This document shows positions 8,857 to 16,896 of a stretch of DNA of 64,000 bases, in pieces. A program made the position numbers and the translations under genes. The number at the start of each line of letters is the position of its first letter. Positions within the stretch are counted from its first letter, which is position 1. The notes beneath the pieces are model-generated. The model saw only the letters and a program-made list of their open reading frames with translations. It did no database searches and had not been told where the DNA came from. This DNA is from an uncultured Candidatus Saccharibacteria bacterium (GTDB taxonomy: Bacteria > Patescibacteriota > Minisyncoccia > UBA6257 > Colwellbacteraceae), in the NCBI GenBank assembly GCA_964609135.1, contig CAZSQQ010000001.1, positions 56,673 through 120,672 of the forward strand, read 5' to 3'.

Positions 8857-9831
8857 ATGATTTACGACCTGATCATTATCGGTTCTGGTGCTGCGGGTCT
8901 TTCCGCCGGAATTTATGCCGGCCGTTATCGCATGAAGGTTGCGCTTTTTGGAGGTGAATTTGGCGGCGAGACCGCTAAGGCTGGCGCTATTGAAAATTAT
9001 CCCGGTTTTAAATCGATTGACGGCTACGAGTTAATGGAAAAAATGAGCGAACAAGCCAAAGCTCTCGACATCGACTATATTGATGAAAAAGTCACAAGCA
9101 TGAAGCGAGAGCGACACTGCTTTGAACTAGGAGCCGGTGATAAAACATACGAAGCCAATGCCATTATATTGGCCGTTGGCGCAGAACGAAAACATCTCGG
9201 TCTTCCAAATGAGGAAGAACTTACCGGTCGCGGAGTGCATTACTGCGTCACCTGCGACGGGCCGGTATATAGCGGCAAAACAATCGCCCTGGTTGGCGGC
9301 GGAGACGCTTCGGTCAAGGGAGTAAATCTTGCCGCTGAATATGCGAAGAAGGTTTTTCTTATTGTGAGGAGCAAAGAAGTTGTCGCTGAACCGATCAATT
9401 ACGAGCAGATGAAAAAACTAGGGAGTAAGGTTGAGGTTCTTTTGGAGACAGCGGTTAAAGAAATAGTAGGTAAAGAAAAATTGGAGAAACTCGTTCTCTC
9501 AAAGCCGTATCGCGGCTCGACCGATCTTGTGGTTGATGGGGTTTTTGTCGAGATTGGCGCCGAACCCAGCGTTGAACTCGCAAAATCTCTCGGAGTCGAA
9601 TTGGACGAATACGGATATATTAAAGCTGATAACATGATGCGAACAAATATCGACGGCGTTTTTGCGGCAGGAGATGTCGTTAATCACTTCGGTCGATTCA
9701 AACAAGACATTACGGCGGCGGCGATGGGCGCGGTAGCTGCTACATCGGCATACGAAGATCATAAAATTCACGGCGATCTCTGTATGTTGCACGCAATGCC
9801 GCCAATGCAAACAAAAGTAGAAGTTAAATAA
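8857..9831 (+). CDS. trxB: Thioredoxin reductase
   Basis: GSGAAG FAD motif, IENYPGF, GVHYCVTCDG, VGGGD, GVFAAGD. Confidence 0.9.
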   Translation: MIYDLIIIGSGAAGLSAGIYAGRYRMKVALFGGEFGGETAKAGAIENYPGFKSIDGYELMEKMSEQAKALDIDYIDEKVTSMKRERHCFELGAGDKTYEANAIILAVGAERKHLGLPNEEELTGRGVHYCVTCDGPVYSGKTIALVGGGDASVKGVNLAAEYAKKVFLIVRSKEVVAEPINYEQMKKLGSKVEVLLETAVKEIVGKEKLEKLVLSKPYRGSTDLVVDGVFVEIGAEPSVELAKSLGVELDEYGYIKADNMMRTNIDGVFAAGDVVNHFGRFKQDITAAAMGAVAATSAYEDHKIHGDLCMLHAMPPMQTKVEVK

Positions 9832-9842
9832 CTTTTATTGTT

Positions 9843-10100
9843 ATGCTTATAGATTTTTATGGAAAAGAGTGTCCGCATTGTCTAAGAATGACGCCGCTGG
9901 TGGGCCGCTTAGAAAAAGAGGCGGGCGTTAAGGTTGAAAGATACGAAGTTTGGCACGATGAAGAAAATGCAAAGAAAATGGAAGAATATGATAAGGGTCA
10001 GTGCGGCGGTGTTCCCTTTTTTATTAATACAGAAACTGGAGCCATGATTTGCGGCGAAGCTCCCTATGAAGAGCTGCGGGCTTGGGCTGGTGTAAAATAA
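9843..10100 (+). CDS. Thioredoxin family protein
   Basis: CPHC, GVPFF. Confidence 0.85.
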   Translation: MLIDFYGKECPHCLRMTPLVGRLEKEAGVKVERYEVWHDEENAKKMEEYDKGQCGGVPFFINTETGAMICGEAPYEELRAWAGVK

Positions 10101-10105
10101 TCTTT

Positions 10106-11158
10106 ATGCAACTTAAACCAACATCAATTTTAATACTTTTTATAATCCTCATAGCCGGTTTTTTTGCATGGAGAACTCTTTTCCGAAATGACTTCAACTT
10201 ACCGCGTGGCGGTGAAACCACCAAAGAAACGGTAATTATTCAAAGTAACCAAGATGACAAAACGACAAAAGAAATCATGACTACAAACGGGGTAAAACAC
10301 AGCGTACCGCTTGACCAAATTTTAAGCGGCGGCCCGCCCAAAGACGGAATTCCGCCCATTGATCACCCCAAATTTATTTCTGTTCAGGAGGCAAGCAAAC
10401 AACTATCAGATAAGGAACCTGGGCTGGCTATAGAAATAGACAATGTCAATCGCTTTTATCCCTTCCAAATTTTGGTATGGCACGAGATTGTAAACGATAT
10501 CATAAATGGCAAACGTGTTCTCATCACTTACTGTCCCCTTTGCCTTTCGGGCATCGTCTTTGATCCTTTGGTAAATGGGGAAGGGGTCGAATTCGGCACT
10601 TCCGGCAAGCTTTGGAATTCAAACTTGGTTATGTATGACCGCAAAACTGATTCTTTGTGGTCGCAAATTTTGGGAAAAGCAATCGTGGGAGAAAAAACCG
10701 GAACGCGCCTCGCCGTTTTGCCGTCCGATCAGATTCGATTTGGAGAGTGGAAAAAACTGCATCCTAATGGAGAGGTGCTTTCGCGAGATACGGGAGCAAC
10801 GCGTTTTTATGGACAAGATCCGTACGGGGACTACTATACGACGCCCGGCACTTTCTTCCCGGTCGGGAAGCATGACAGCCGGTTGGGTGAGAAAGAATTT
10901 ATTTTAGGAATAGTAGTGAACGGTAAGGCCAAAGCCTATTGGCCGGCTGCAGTAAAAAAAGCCGGAACCATCGAAGATATTTTTGGGGGTAAGACAATCA
11001 TAGCCAAGTATGAGACAGATATTGATGCTGTACGCCTCTATTCCGCCGAAGGCGGATCCGCCTCTGGCGGAGAAAAGAAATTAGTGCGAATAAATCCGTT
11101 CGGCGCGTTCTGGTTTTCATGGGTGGCGGCGCATCCCGATACGGAACTTTATAAATAA
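10106..11158 (+). CDS. DUF3179-like exported protein with in-frame hairpin insertion
   Basis: SGGPPKDGIP, HEIVND, TYCPLC, FGTSG, SNLVMYDR, FWFSW..HP; SAEGGSASGG insert. Confidence 0.85.
   Translation: MQLKPTSILILFIILIAGFFAWRTLFRNDFNLPRGGETTKETVIIQSNQDDKTTKEIMTTNGVKHSVPLDQILSGGPPKDGIPPIDHPKFISVQEASKQLSDKEPGLAIEIDNVNRFYPFQILVWHEIVNDIINGKRVLITYCPLCLSGIVFDPLVNGEGVEFGTSGKLWNSNLVMYDRKTDSLWSQILGKAIVGEKTGTRLAVLPSDQIRFGEWKKLHPNGEVLSRDTGATRFYGQDPYGDYYTTPGTFFPVGKHDSRLGEKEFILGIVVNGKAKAYWPAAVKKAGTIEDIFGGKTIIAKYETDIDAVRLYSAEGGSASGGEKKLVRINPFGAFWFSWVAAHPDTELYK
11042..11071. repeat. Double REP-like hairpin inside CDS
   Basis: TCCGCC GAA GGCGGA TCCGCC TCT GGCGGA; the second hairpin is identical to 4923-4937. 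Confidence 0.85.
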
Positions 11159-11189
11159 AGGTCGAAAAATAAAAAATAATCAATACACT

Positions 11190-11573
11190 ATGTTTGAACA
11201 ACTAACGCAATACAACGACATCGGGCTCCTGATTCTACGCTTGGCGGTGGCGCTAATCTTTACCCATCACGCATTGCCAAAGCTTAAGAACGCCAAAGGC
11301 ATGGCGCAAATGGTAGGGATGCCTGCTCAAATGATATTTATGTTGGGCGGGGTAGAGTTTCTATCGTCGGTAGGATTAGTGCTCGGCATTTACACGCAGC
11401 TTGCCGCGGTGCTTCTGGGGATCGTTATGACGGGCGCAATCGGAATGAAAATGATGAAATGGCATGTTCCGTTTGCGGCAATGGATAAGACCGGCTGGGA
11501 GTTTGATTTGATACTGCTGGCCGCGAATATCGCAATTCTTTTCGGCGGCGGCGGATCAATCGGGATTCAATAG
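11190..11573 (+). CDS. DoxX family protein
   Basis: GLLILRL, HALPKL, GWEFDL. Confidence 0.85.
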   Translation: MFEQLTQYNDIGLLILRLAVALIFTHHALPKLKNAKGMAQMVGMPAQMIFMLGGVEFLSSVGLVLGIYTQLAAVLLGIVMTGAIGMKMMKWHVPFAAMDKTGWEFDLILLAANIAILFGGGGSIGIQ

Positions 11574-11616
11574 CAAAGGTCGAAAAATTAATAAAGTAAT
11601 TTAGTCAACAAAAAAT

Positions 11617-11787
11617 ATGAACAATCAAAACGATCAACAAAAATTTGTCTGCAAGAGTTGCGGTTCGGAATCGCAAGGAAAGGCAAGAACATGCTGTGGC
11701 GCAGAACAAGAAGAGAAAAAAGAAGCCGGCACATGTATGGCATGCAGTTGCCCTTGTGACGAACACAAAGAGCATACCCACAGATAA
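11617..11787 (+). CDS. Small Cys/His-rich metallothionein-like protein (56 aa, not in ORF track)
   Basis: MNNQNDQQKFVCKSCGSESQGKARTCCGAEQEEKKEAGTCMACSCPCDEHKEHTHR; fills the operon gap, stopping 11 nt before the next gene. Confidence 0.75.
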   Translation: MNNQNDQQKFVCKSCGSESQGKARTCCGAEQEEKKEAGTCMACSCPCDEHKEHTHR

Positions 11788-11798
11788 AGTGGGAAAAT

Positions 11799-12407
11799 AT
11801 GTCAGATACAAACACATTAGAACGACATAAACAAAAGAAAGCCGCTCGAGAGGCCGAGGCGCTTAAGATTCGCCGTAAAAAAGTTTTTAAAAAGACCGGT
11901 TATTGGATCGTGGGGCTGGCCGTCGTGATTGGGGGCGGATGGCTATTGATTCGCGGTGCGGGTCCTAAGGGGCCGGATTACAGTCAATCCGTGGAGATTC
12001 TTGGGCGAAACCATATACAGGAAGGAACAACCTTCAACGGCTATAATTCCAACCCACCTACATCCGGCAATCATTATCCCAATCCGGTGCCGGCTCGATT
12101 TTACGATAGAGAGTTGCCGGATGAACAGTTGGTGCATAATTTAGAGCACGGCCATGTTTGGATTGCTTATAAACCGAACTTATCGGGTGAGATTATTGAT
12201 ATTCTTAAAGTTTTCGGTGGCGGAAATATCGTTGTTACTCCGCGATCCAAAAACGATACCGATATTGCCTTGGCGGCTTGGGGTAGACTGGACAAATTCA
12301 ACATCGAAGCTGGCGGTATCGATCAACAACGCATTAAAGATTTCATTTCTCGCTATCAAAACAGGGGTCCTGAAAATGTAAGTATTCCTCGGAGTCATTC
12401 AAGATAA
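11799..12407 (+). CDS. DUF3105 family protein
   Basis: YNSNPPTSGNH, LVHNLEHG, IALAAWG, GPE. Confidence 0.85.
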   Translation: MSDTNTLERHKQKKAAREAEALKIRRKKVFKKTGYWIVGLAVVIGGGWLLIRGAGPKGPDYSQSVEILGRNHIQEGTTFNGYNSNPPTSGNHYPNPVPARFYDRELPDEQLVHNLEHGHVWIAYKPNLSGEIIDILKVFGGGNIVVTPRSKNDTDIALAAWGRLDKFNIEAGGIDQQRIKDFISRYQNRGPENVSIPRSHSR

Positions 12408-12412
12408 CAATT

Positions 12413-12934
12413 ATGAAAAAAACTTATCTTCTTACAATTATCGTCGCGGCGATTGTGATTGCTGTCTGGTTAGTAATTTCGAGAACGGGACAAAGTCCAA
12501 ATACATCCCCAATCCGTAGCCCAGCGATACCGGATTTTCATCTGCAGGATTATAACGGCAAGACGGTAAATTTTTCGGATTTTGCCGGAAAGCCAGTCCT
12601 CATCAATTCGTGGGCGTCTTGGTGTCCATTTTGCCGACAAGAGCTTCCTCACTTTGCCACTGCCCAAAAAGAGTTTGGCGATAAAGTGGTAATCATTGCC
12701 GTTGACCGGCAAGAGTCATTGGCAGTCGCAAAAGGATACACGGACGAGCAGGGAACGACCGGTAAGCTTGTTTTTCTGCTTGACCCGTCTGATTCCTTTT
12801 ATCAGTCTATCGGCGGATTTTCCATGCCGGAAACAATTTTCGTAGACAAAAGTGGAAACATTGTTGATCACAAACGAGGACCGATGGAAATAAGCGAGAT
12901 ACGTCAAAAAATTCAGAAATTACTCGCACTATAA
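12413..12934 (+). CDS. TlpA/ResA-type thiol-disulfide oxidoreductase
   Basis: N-terminal anchor, WASWCPFC, MPETIFVD. Confidence 0.9.
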   Translation: MKKTYLLTIIVAAIVIAVWLVISRTGQSPNTSPIRSPAIPDFHLQDYNGKTVNFSDFAGKPVLINSWASWCPFCRQELPHFATAQKEFGDKVVIIAVDRQESLAVAKGYTDEQGTTGKLVFLLDPSDSFYQSIGGFSMPETIFVDKSGNIVDHKRGPMEISEIRQKIQKLLAL

Positions 12935-12940
12935 ACAATC

Positions 12941-13606
12941 ATGAAAAATAATTCATTCGTTCCAATTTCAATTGTAGCCGCCGGCGTTATGATCGCGGGG
13001 ACAATTCTTTATACTGGAAGTAACCGCAATATCCAGGGCAGCATAATTCAAGGAGCTGCAAATCCGCCGGATGCGGGACGTAAAATCGAGGTTGTTATAG
13101 GAAACACGGACCCTTCGCTGGGGGAGAACGATGCACCGATTACGCTAGTAGCATTTGAGGATTTCGAGTGCCCGTTCTGTCAACGTTTCAACCAACAAAC
13201 ATTGCCATTGATTATTGACGAGCAAGTCAAAAGCGGCAAGGTTCGTTTTGTTTGGAAAGATTTTCCGCTTTCAATTCATTCGCATGCGGAGAAAGCTCAT
13301 GAAGCGGCTCGTTGTGCCTGGGAACAGGACAAATTTTGGGAGTACCACGATGTGCTTTTCAATAATCAAAACGGCCTTAGCGCCAACAATTTAAAACAAT
13401 ATGCTAAAAATCTCGATCTTAACGAGAGTCAATTTGTTTCCTGTTTAGACTCCGGCAAGTATACGAAACTTATAAGAGAAAAAGTCAGTGAAGGAACCGC
13501 TGCCGGAGTAAACAGCACCCCATCGTTTCTCATAAACGGCAGAATGGTTGTCGGTGCCCAGCCGTACCGAACTTTTGCCGACTTAATCGCCCAAGAAGCC
13601 CAGTAA
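12941..13606 (+). CDS. DsbA family oxidoreductase
   Basis: DFECPFC, DFPL, GVNSTPSF, GAQPY. Confidence 0.9.
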   Translation: MKNNSFVPISIVAAGVMIAGTILYTGSNRNIQGSIIQGAANPPDAGRKIEVVIGNTDPSLGENDAPITLVAFEDFECPFCQRFNQQTLPLIIDEQVKSGKVRFVWKDFPLSIHSHAEKAHEAARCAWEQDKFWEYHDVLFNNQNGLSANNLKQYAKNLDLNESQFVSCLDSGKYTKLIREKVSEGTAAGVNSTPSFLINGRMVVGAQPYRTFADLIAQEAQ

Positions 13607-13612
13607 AATATT

Positions 13613-14371
13613 ATGGATTTCTCACTTATCATTCCAGCATTCATAGCCGGTCTTCTAACTTTTCTTGCTCCATGCACGCTGCCTTTGGTTCCTGGATATT
13701 TAGGTTTTATCAGCGGCATACCATTAGAAGATCTGAAAGATCCGACTAAATCCGGTTTGGCTCGCCGCAAAATCTTTATTAACGGCCTGTTCTTTACCGT
13801 CGGCTTTAGCGTCGTGTTTATAATTATGGGCACGTTAGTCGGTTTCGTCGGAGGTTCGCTCTTAGCACCTTATCGCTTATGGCTATCTCGTATCGGAGGT
13901 ATTTTCGTCATCATCTTCGGCCTTTTCATGCTGAATATTTTAAAGCTGCCATTTTTACAGCGTGAATTCCAAATAAAAACTCCTGCTCTATTTGGGAGAG
14001 GGCGTACGGTAAACTCATTTGTTTTGGGTAGCGCTTTCGCATTCGGATGGACTCCCTGCGTAGGACCGATTTTAGGTTCGATATTGTTGCTCGCCTCAAC
14101 ATCAACCACTACCTTGCAAGGAGCTCTTCTCTTGAGCGTGTTCTCTCTGGGATTGGCCCTGCCGTTTTTGGCCATCGCGGCGGGCATAGGTTCTGCATCT
14201 CGCCATGTTAATAATTTGTTGCGCTGGATGAATGCCATCTCCATTATTGGCGGAATATTCTTGATTTTTCTCGGTATACTTTTACTGACCGGCAATATTG
14301 GCCTTCTTATCTCCTACGGATACCAACTATTTCAATTCATTAACTACGAACGATTGCTTGATTATTTATAA
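13613..14371 (+). CDS. ccdA: CcdA/DsbD transmembrane electron transporter
   Basis: FLAPCTLPLVP and GWTPCVGPILG. Confidence 0.9.
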   Translation: MDFSLIIPAFIAGLLTFLAPCTLPLVPGYLGFISGIPLEDLKDPTKSGLARRKIFINGLFFTVGFSVVFIIMGTLVGFVGGSLLAPYRLWLSRIGGIFVIIFGLFMLNILKLPFLQREFQIKTPALFGRGRTVNSFVLGSAFAFGWTPCVGPILGSILLLASTSTTTLQGALLLSVFSLGLALPFLAIAAGIGSASRHVNNLLRWMNAISIIGGIFLIFLGILLLTGNIGLLISYGYQLFQFINYERLLDYL

Positions 14372-14444
14372 TCAAGTGAGTGAGTGAAATGAAAATGTCA
14401 ATTTTCATTTCCGAACGAACGCGAGTTATATCCAAGATATAATT

Positions 14445-14708
14445 ATGGTTAGGACAATAAAACAAAGCGAGAAAGATTTATACCAATGCGGGGAGTGCGG
14501 CTTTCATTACGAAGATCGCGTACAAGCCGAGAAATGCGAGGAGTGGTGCAAAGAACATCACAGTTGCAACATAAAAATCACTGCAGGTGACGGGAATCGA
14601 ACCCGCGTATCTTGCTTGCCCCGTGACCATAACAAGGATTGCTTGCTCTTTGTGAGCGGACGATGGGAATGGTTCGACTGCGCTCACCACAAGTCGAACC
14701 CCCTTTGA
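14445..14708 (+). CDS. Small Cys-rich Zn-binding protein; C-terminus replaced by tRNA-fragment sequence
   Basis: CGECGFHY..AEKCEEWC...HSCN. Similarity to paralogue 37228..37404 stops at about 14585, where the tRNA fragment begins. Confidence 0.7.
   Translation: MVRTIKQSEKDLYQCGECGFHYEDRVQAEKCEEWCKEHHSCNIKITAGDGNRTRVSCLPRDHNKDCLLFVSGRWEWFDCAHHKSNPL
14582..14618 (-). pseudogene. tRNA 3'-half fragment (Gly-like)
   Basis: CAA GCAAG ATAC GCGGG TTCGATT CCCGT CACCTGC; no 5' half present. Confidence 0.75.
14655..14702 (-). pseudogene. tRNA 3'-end fragment (Gly-like) with a 24-nt REP-like insertion in the T loop
   Basis: GGG TTCG[14694-14671]ATT CCCAT CGTCCGC T. Confidence 0.7.
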
Positions 14709-14740
14709 CCTTAGCCCCGCAGCAATTTTGCTTTATCTAA

Positions 14741-14811
14741 AGCGAGATACGAGAATCGAACTCGCGTCTCCACCTTGGGAAGGTGGCATACTGCCACTGT
14801 ACTAATCTCGC
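14741..14811 (-). tRNA. tRNA-Gly(CCC)
   Basis: GCGAGAT TA GTAC AGTGGCA GTAT G CCACC TTCCCAA GGTGG AGAC GCGAG TTCGATT CTCGT ATCTCGC T. Confidence 0.95.
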
Positions 14812-14818
14812 AAAATTG

Positions 14819-15094
14819 TTAATCCCGCTTCGGGGCGACAATGATCAATTTTTCTGCCGGGGCTTTATAATTTAACTTGCCTCTCGCTTCCTTTTCAAGA
14901 TTGCGGCTTTCGGAGAAATACTGGATCTTATCGTTCAACTTATCGCCGTCCTCAATCAAGGCTTGATATTCAGAGTTGATTTGAGAAAGCTCCTTTTTGA
15001 GATCCCGGCGGACTTTTTCGGTCGTATAAATCTGGTAGCTTATTACAGCCAAAGCCACTATAAAGATGAAGTACACTGGAAGCTTGTTCACCAA
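14819..15094 (-). CDS. Septum formation initiator (FtsB/DivIC family)
   Basis: TM, coiled coil, LEKEARGKLNYKAPAE. Confidence 0.8.
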   Translation of the reverse strand: MVNKLPVYFIFIVALAVISYQIYTTEKVRRDLKKELSQINSEYQALIEDGDKLNDKIQYFSESRNLEKEARGKLNYKAPAEKLIIVAPKRD

Positions 15095-15141
15095 ATTCAG
15101 TTTACCCTGTAAGAGAGGTTAAATTCAATAGGGGTAAGACC

Positions 15142-16896
15142 CTAAATGCTCCCTTTCTTCAATAATTCCTTGAAAATTTCCGCCGGCACAGTCGCTTTTC
15201 CGGCCTCTTCAAGCTTCTTCTTGCCGGCCTTCTGCTTTTTCCAAAGCTTCATTTTTCTGGTTCTGTCTCCGCCGTAAAGTTTGGCGGTCACGTTTTTGCT
15301 TAAAGCCGGAATGGTCTCCCGCGCCATAATTCTTCCTCCCACGACCGCCTGGATCGCCTGGGCAAACTGCTTCCGCGGCAGAAGTTCTTTAAGCTTCACC
15401 GCCATCGTTCTTCCTTCGGCTTCAACGTCCTCTCTATGAATCACGCGGCTAAGCCCCGGCACCAACTCCCCGGCCAGCAAAACATCCAGCCTTTTCACGT
15501 CGGCCTTCCTAAAACCAATAATCTCGTAACTAAAGGATGCAAATCCCTCCGAAGCCGACTTCAATCGATCGTCAAAATCAAGAATCAACTCCGAGAGGGG
15601 CAGAGACGCTTCAATCATAACTCCACTGCCATAGTTTCGCGTTTCAATATCGGTCAGCCGAAAAGAATTGGTGAGCCCCAGTACCGCTCCCAAGAATTTT
15701 TGCGGCGTGAGGACTTTGAGACGAACCATTGGTTCCCGAACCTCTAAATACTCGTCGGGAAAATCCTTGGGATTCTCGATTATATTCTCTCCTGATTTGG
15801 TTCTCACCATATAAGCGACCGATGGAAAACTACTTACAACCGTAAGGCCGAATTCCCTTTCCAATCTCTCAATAGTAATTTCAAAATGAAGCCGTCCCAG
15901 GAATCCGCATTTAAATCCCCTACCCAAAACCAGATTGAAGTCCGGCGTGTAGATGAGCGATGAGTCATGGAGTTTCAACTTGCCCAAAGCTCTTTTCAAA
16001 TCATCGTAGTCGTCGCTCTCGTCCGGATACAACGAAACAAAAACCACCGGGCGGGAAACGGCGAATCCCGGCATTGGTTTTTCCCCAATCGTATCGCCTA
16101 TTTTTATAATTTCCGGATCCTTGATGCCGGTGGCAATGTATCCGATTTCATTCCCCGCCAATTCTTCAGTCGGATTAAATTCAGGAGCAAAGTATCCAAC
16201 CTCCTTGATTTTAAATTCATGATTGACCCCTAAAAGTTTTTGCATGTCCCCCGCCTTAAACTGGCCGCCGAAAACCCGAACAAAAGCCAGCACCCCCTTG
16301 TGATCGTGATAGAGCGAGCTAAATATCAGGGCGGCCTCTTCCTTTATGGATCTCGGGTCCGGAAATGATTTTATGACTGCGTCTAAAAGCTCCGGGACGC
16401 CCTCACCTGTTTTCCCGGAAACACGATAAATCTCGTCTTTCCCGACTGCCAAAAGCCGTGCCAAATCTTCGGTTAAGCCCTCCTGCCCCGGAGGATTGAG
16501 ATCAATTTTGTTCAAAGCTCCGATAACCTTTAATCCCGCGCCCTTGGCCATTTCCAGATTGGCGAGCGTCTGCGCCTGAATGCCCTGGGTTGCGTCAACG
16601 AGGAGTATGGCGCCTTCGACCGCTTTCAAGGCTCTCGAGACTTCATACGAGAAATCGCTGTGTCCAGGCGTATCAATCAAATTTAAAATTGCTCCCTTGT
16701 ATTGCATCCTGACGGGTGCCATTTTAATGGTAATCCCCCGTTCGCGTTCCAAGTCCAGGCGGTCCAAATATTGCGCTTTCATCTTATGGGGAGAAACAGC
16801 TCCCGTAATCTCTAAGAATCTGTCGGCCAAGGTGGACTTGCCATGATCGACATGGGCAATAATTACAAAATTTCTAATACTTTGATTCCTAATCAT
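15142..16896 (-). CDS. lepA: Elongation factor 4
   Basis: AHVDHGKSTLAD, ERERGITIK, DTPGH, NKID, LYGGDRTRKMKL. Confidence 0.97.
   Translation of the reverse strand: MIRNQSIRNFVIIAHVDHGKSTLADRFLEITGAVSPHKMKAQYLDRLDLERERGITIKMAPVRMQYKGAILNLIDTPGHSDFSYEVSRALKAVEGAILLVDATQGIQAQTLANLEMAKGAGLKVIGALNKIDLNPPGQEGLTEDLARLLAVGKDEIYRVSGKTGEGVPELLDAVIKSFPDPRSIKEEAALIFSSLYHDHKGVLAFVRVFGGQFKAGDMQKLLGVNHEFKIKEVGYFAPEFNPTEELAGNEIGYIATGIKDPEIIKIGDTIGEKPMPGFAVSRPVVFVSLYPDESDDYDDLKRALGKLKLHDSSLIYTPDFNLVLGRGFKCGFLGRLHFEITIERLEREFGLTVVSSFPSVAYMVRTKSGENIIENPKDFPDEYLEVREPMVRLKVLTPQKFLGAVLGLTNSFRLTDIETRNYGSGVMIEASLPLSELILDFDDRLKSASEGFASFSYEIIGFRKADVKRLDVLLAGELVPGLSRVIHREDVEAEGRTMAVKLKELLPRKQFAQAIQAVVGGRIMARETIPALSKNVTAKLYGGDRTRKMKLWKKQKAGKKKLEEAGKATVPAEIFKELLKKGSI

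Noticed and set aside
11588-11830. Three overlapping ORF-track calls in the doxX-DUF3105 gap
   Set aside because: Better explained by the ATG-initiated Cys/His-rich ORF 11617..11787
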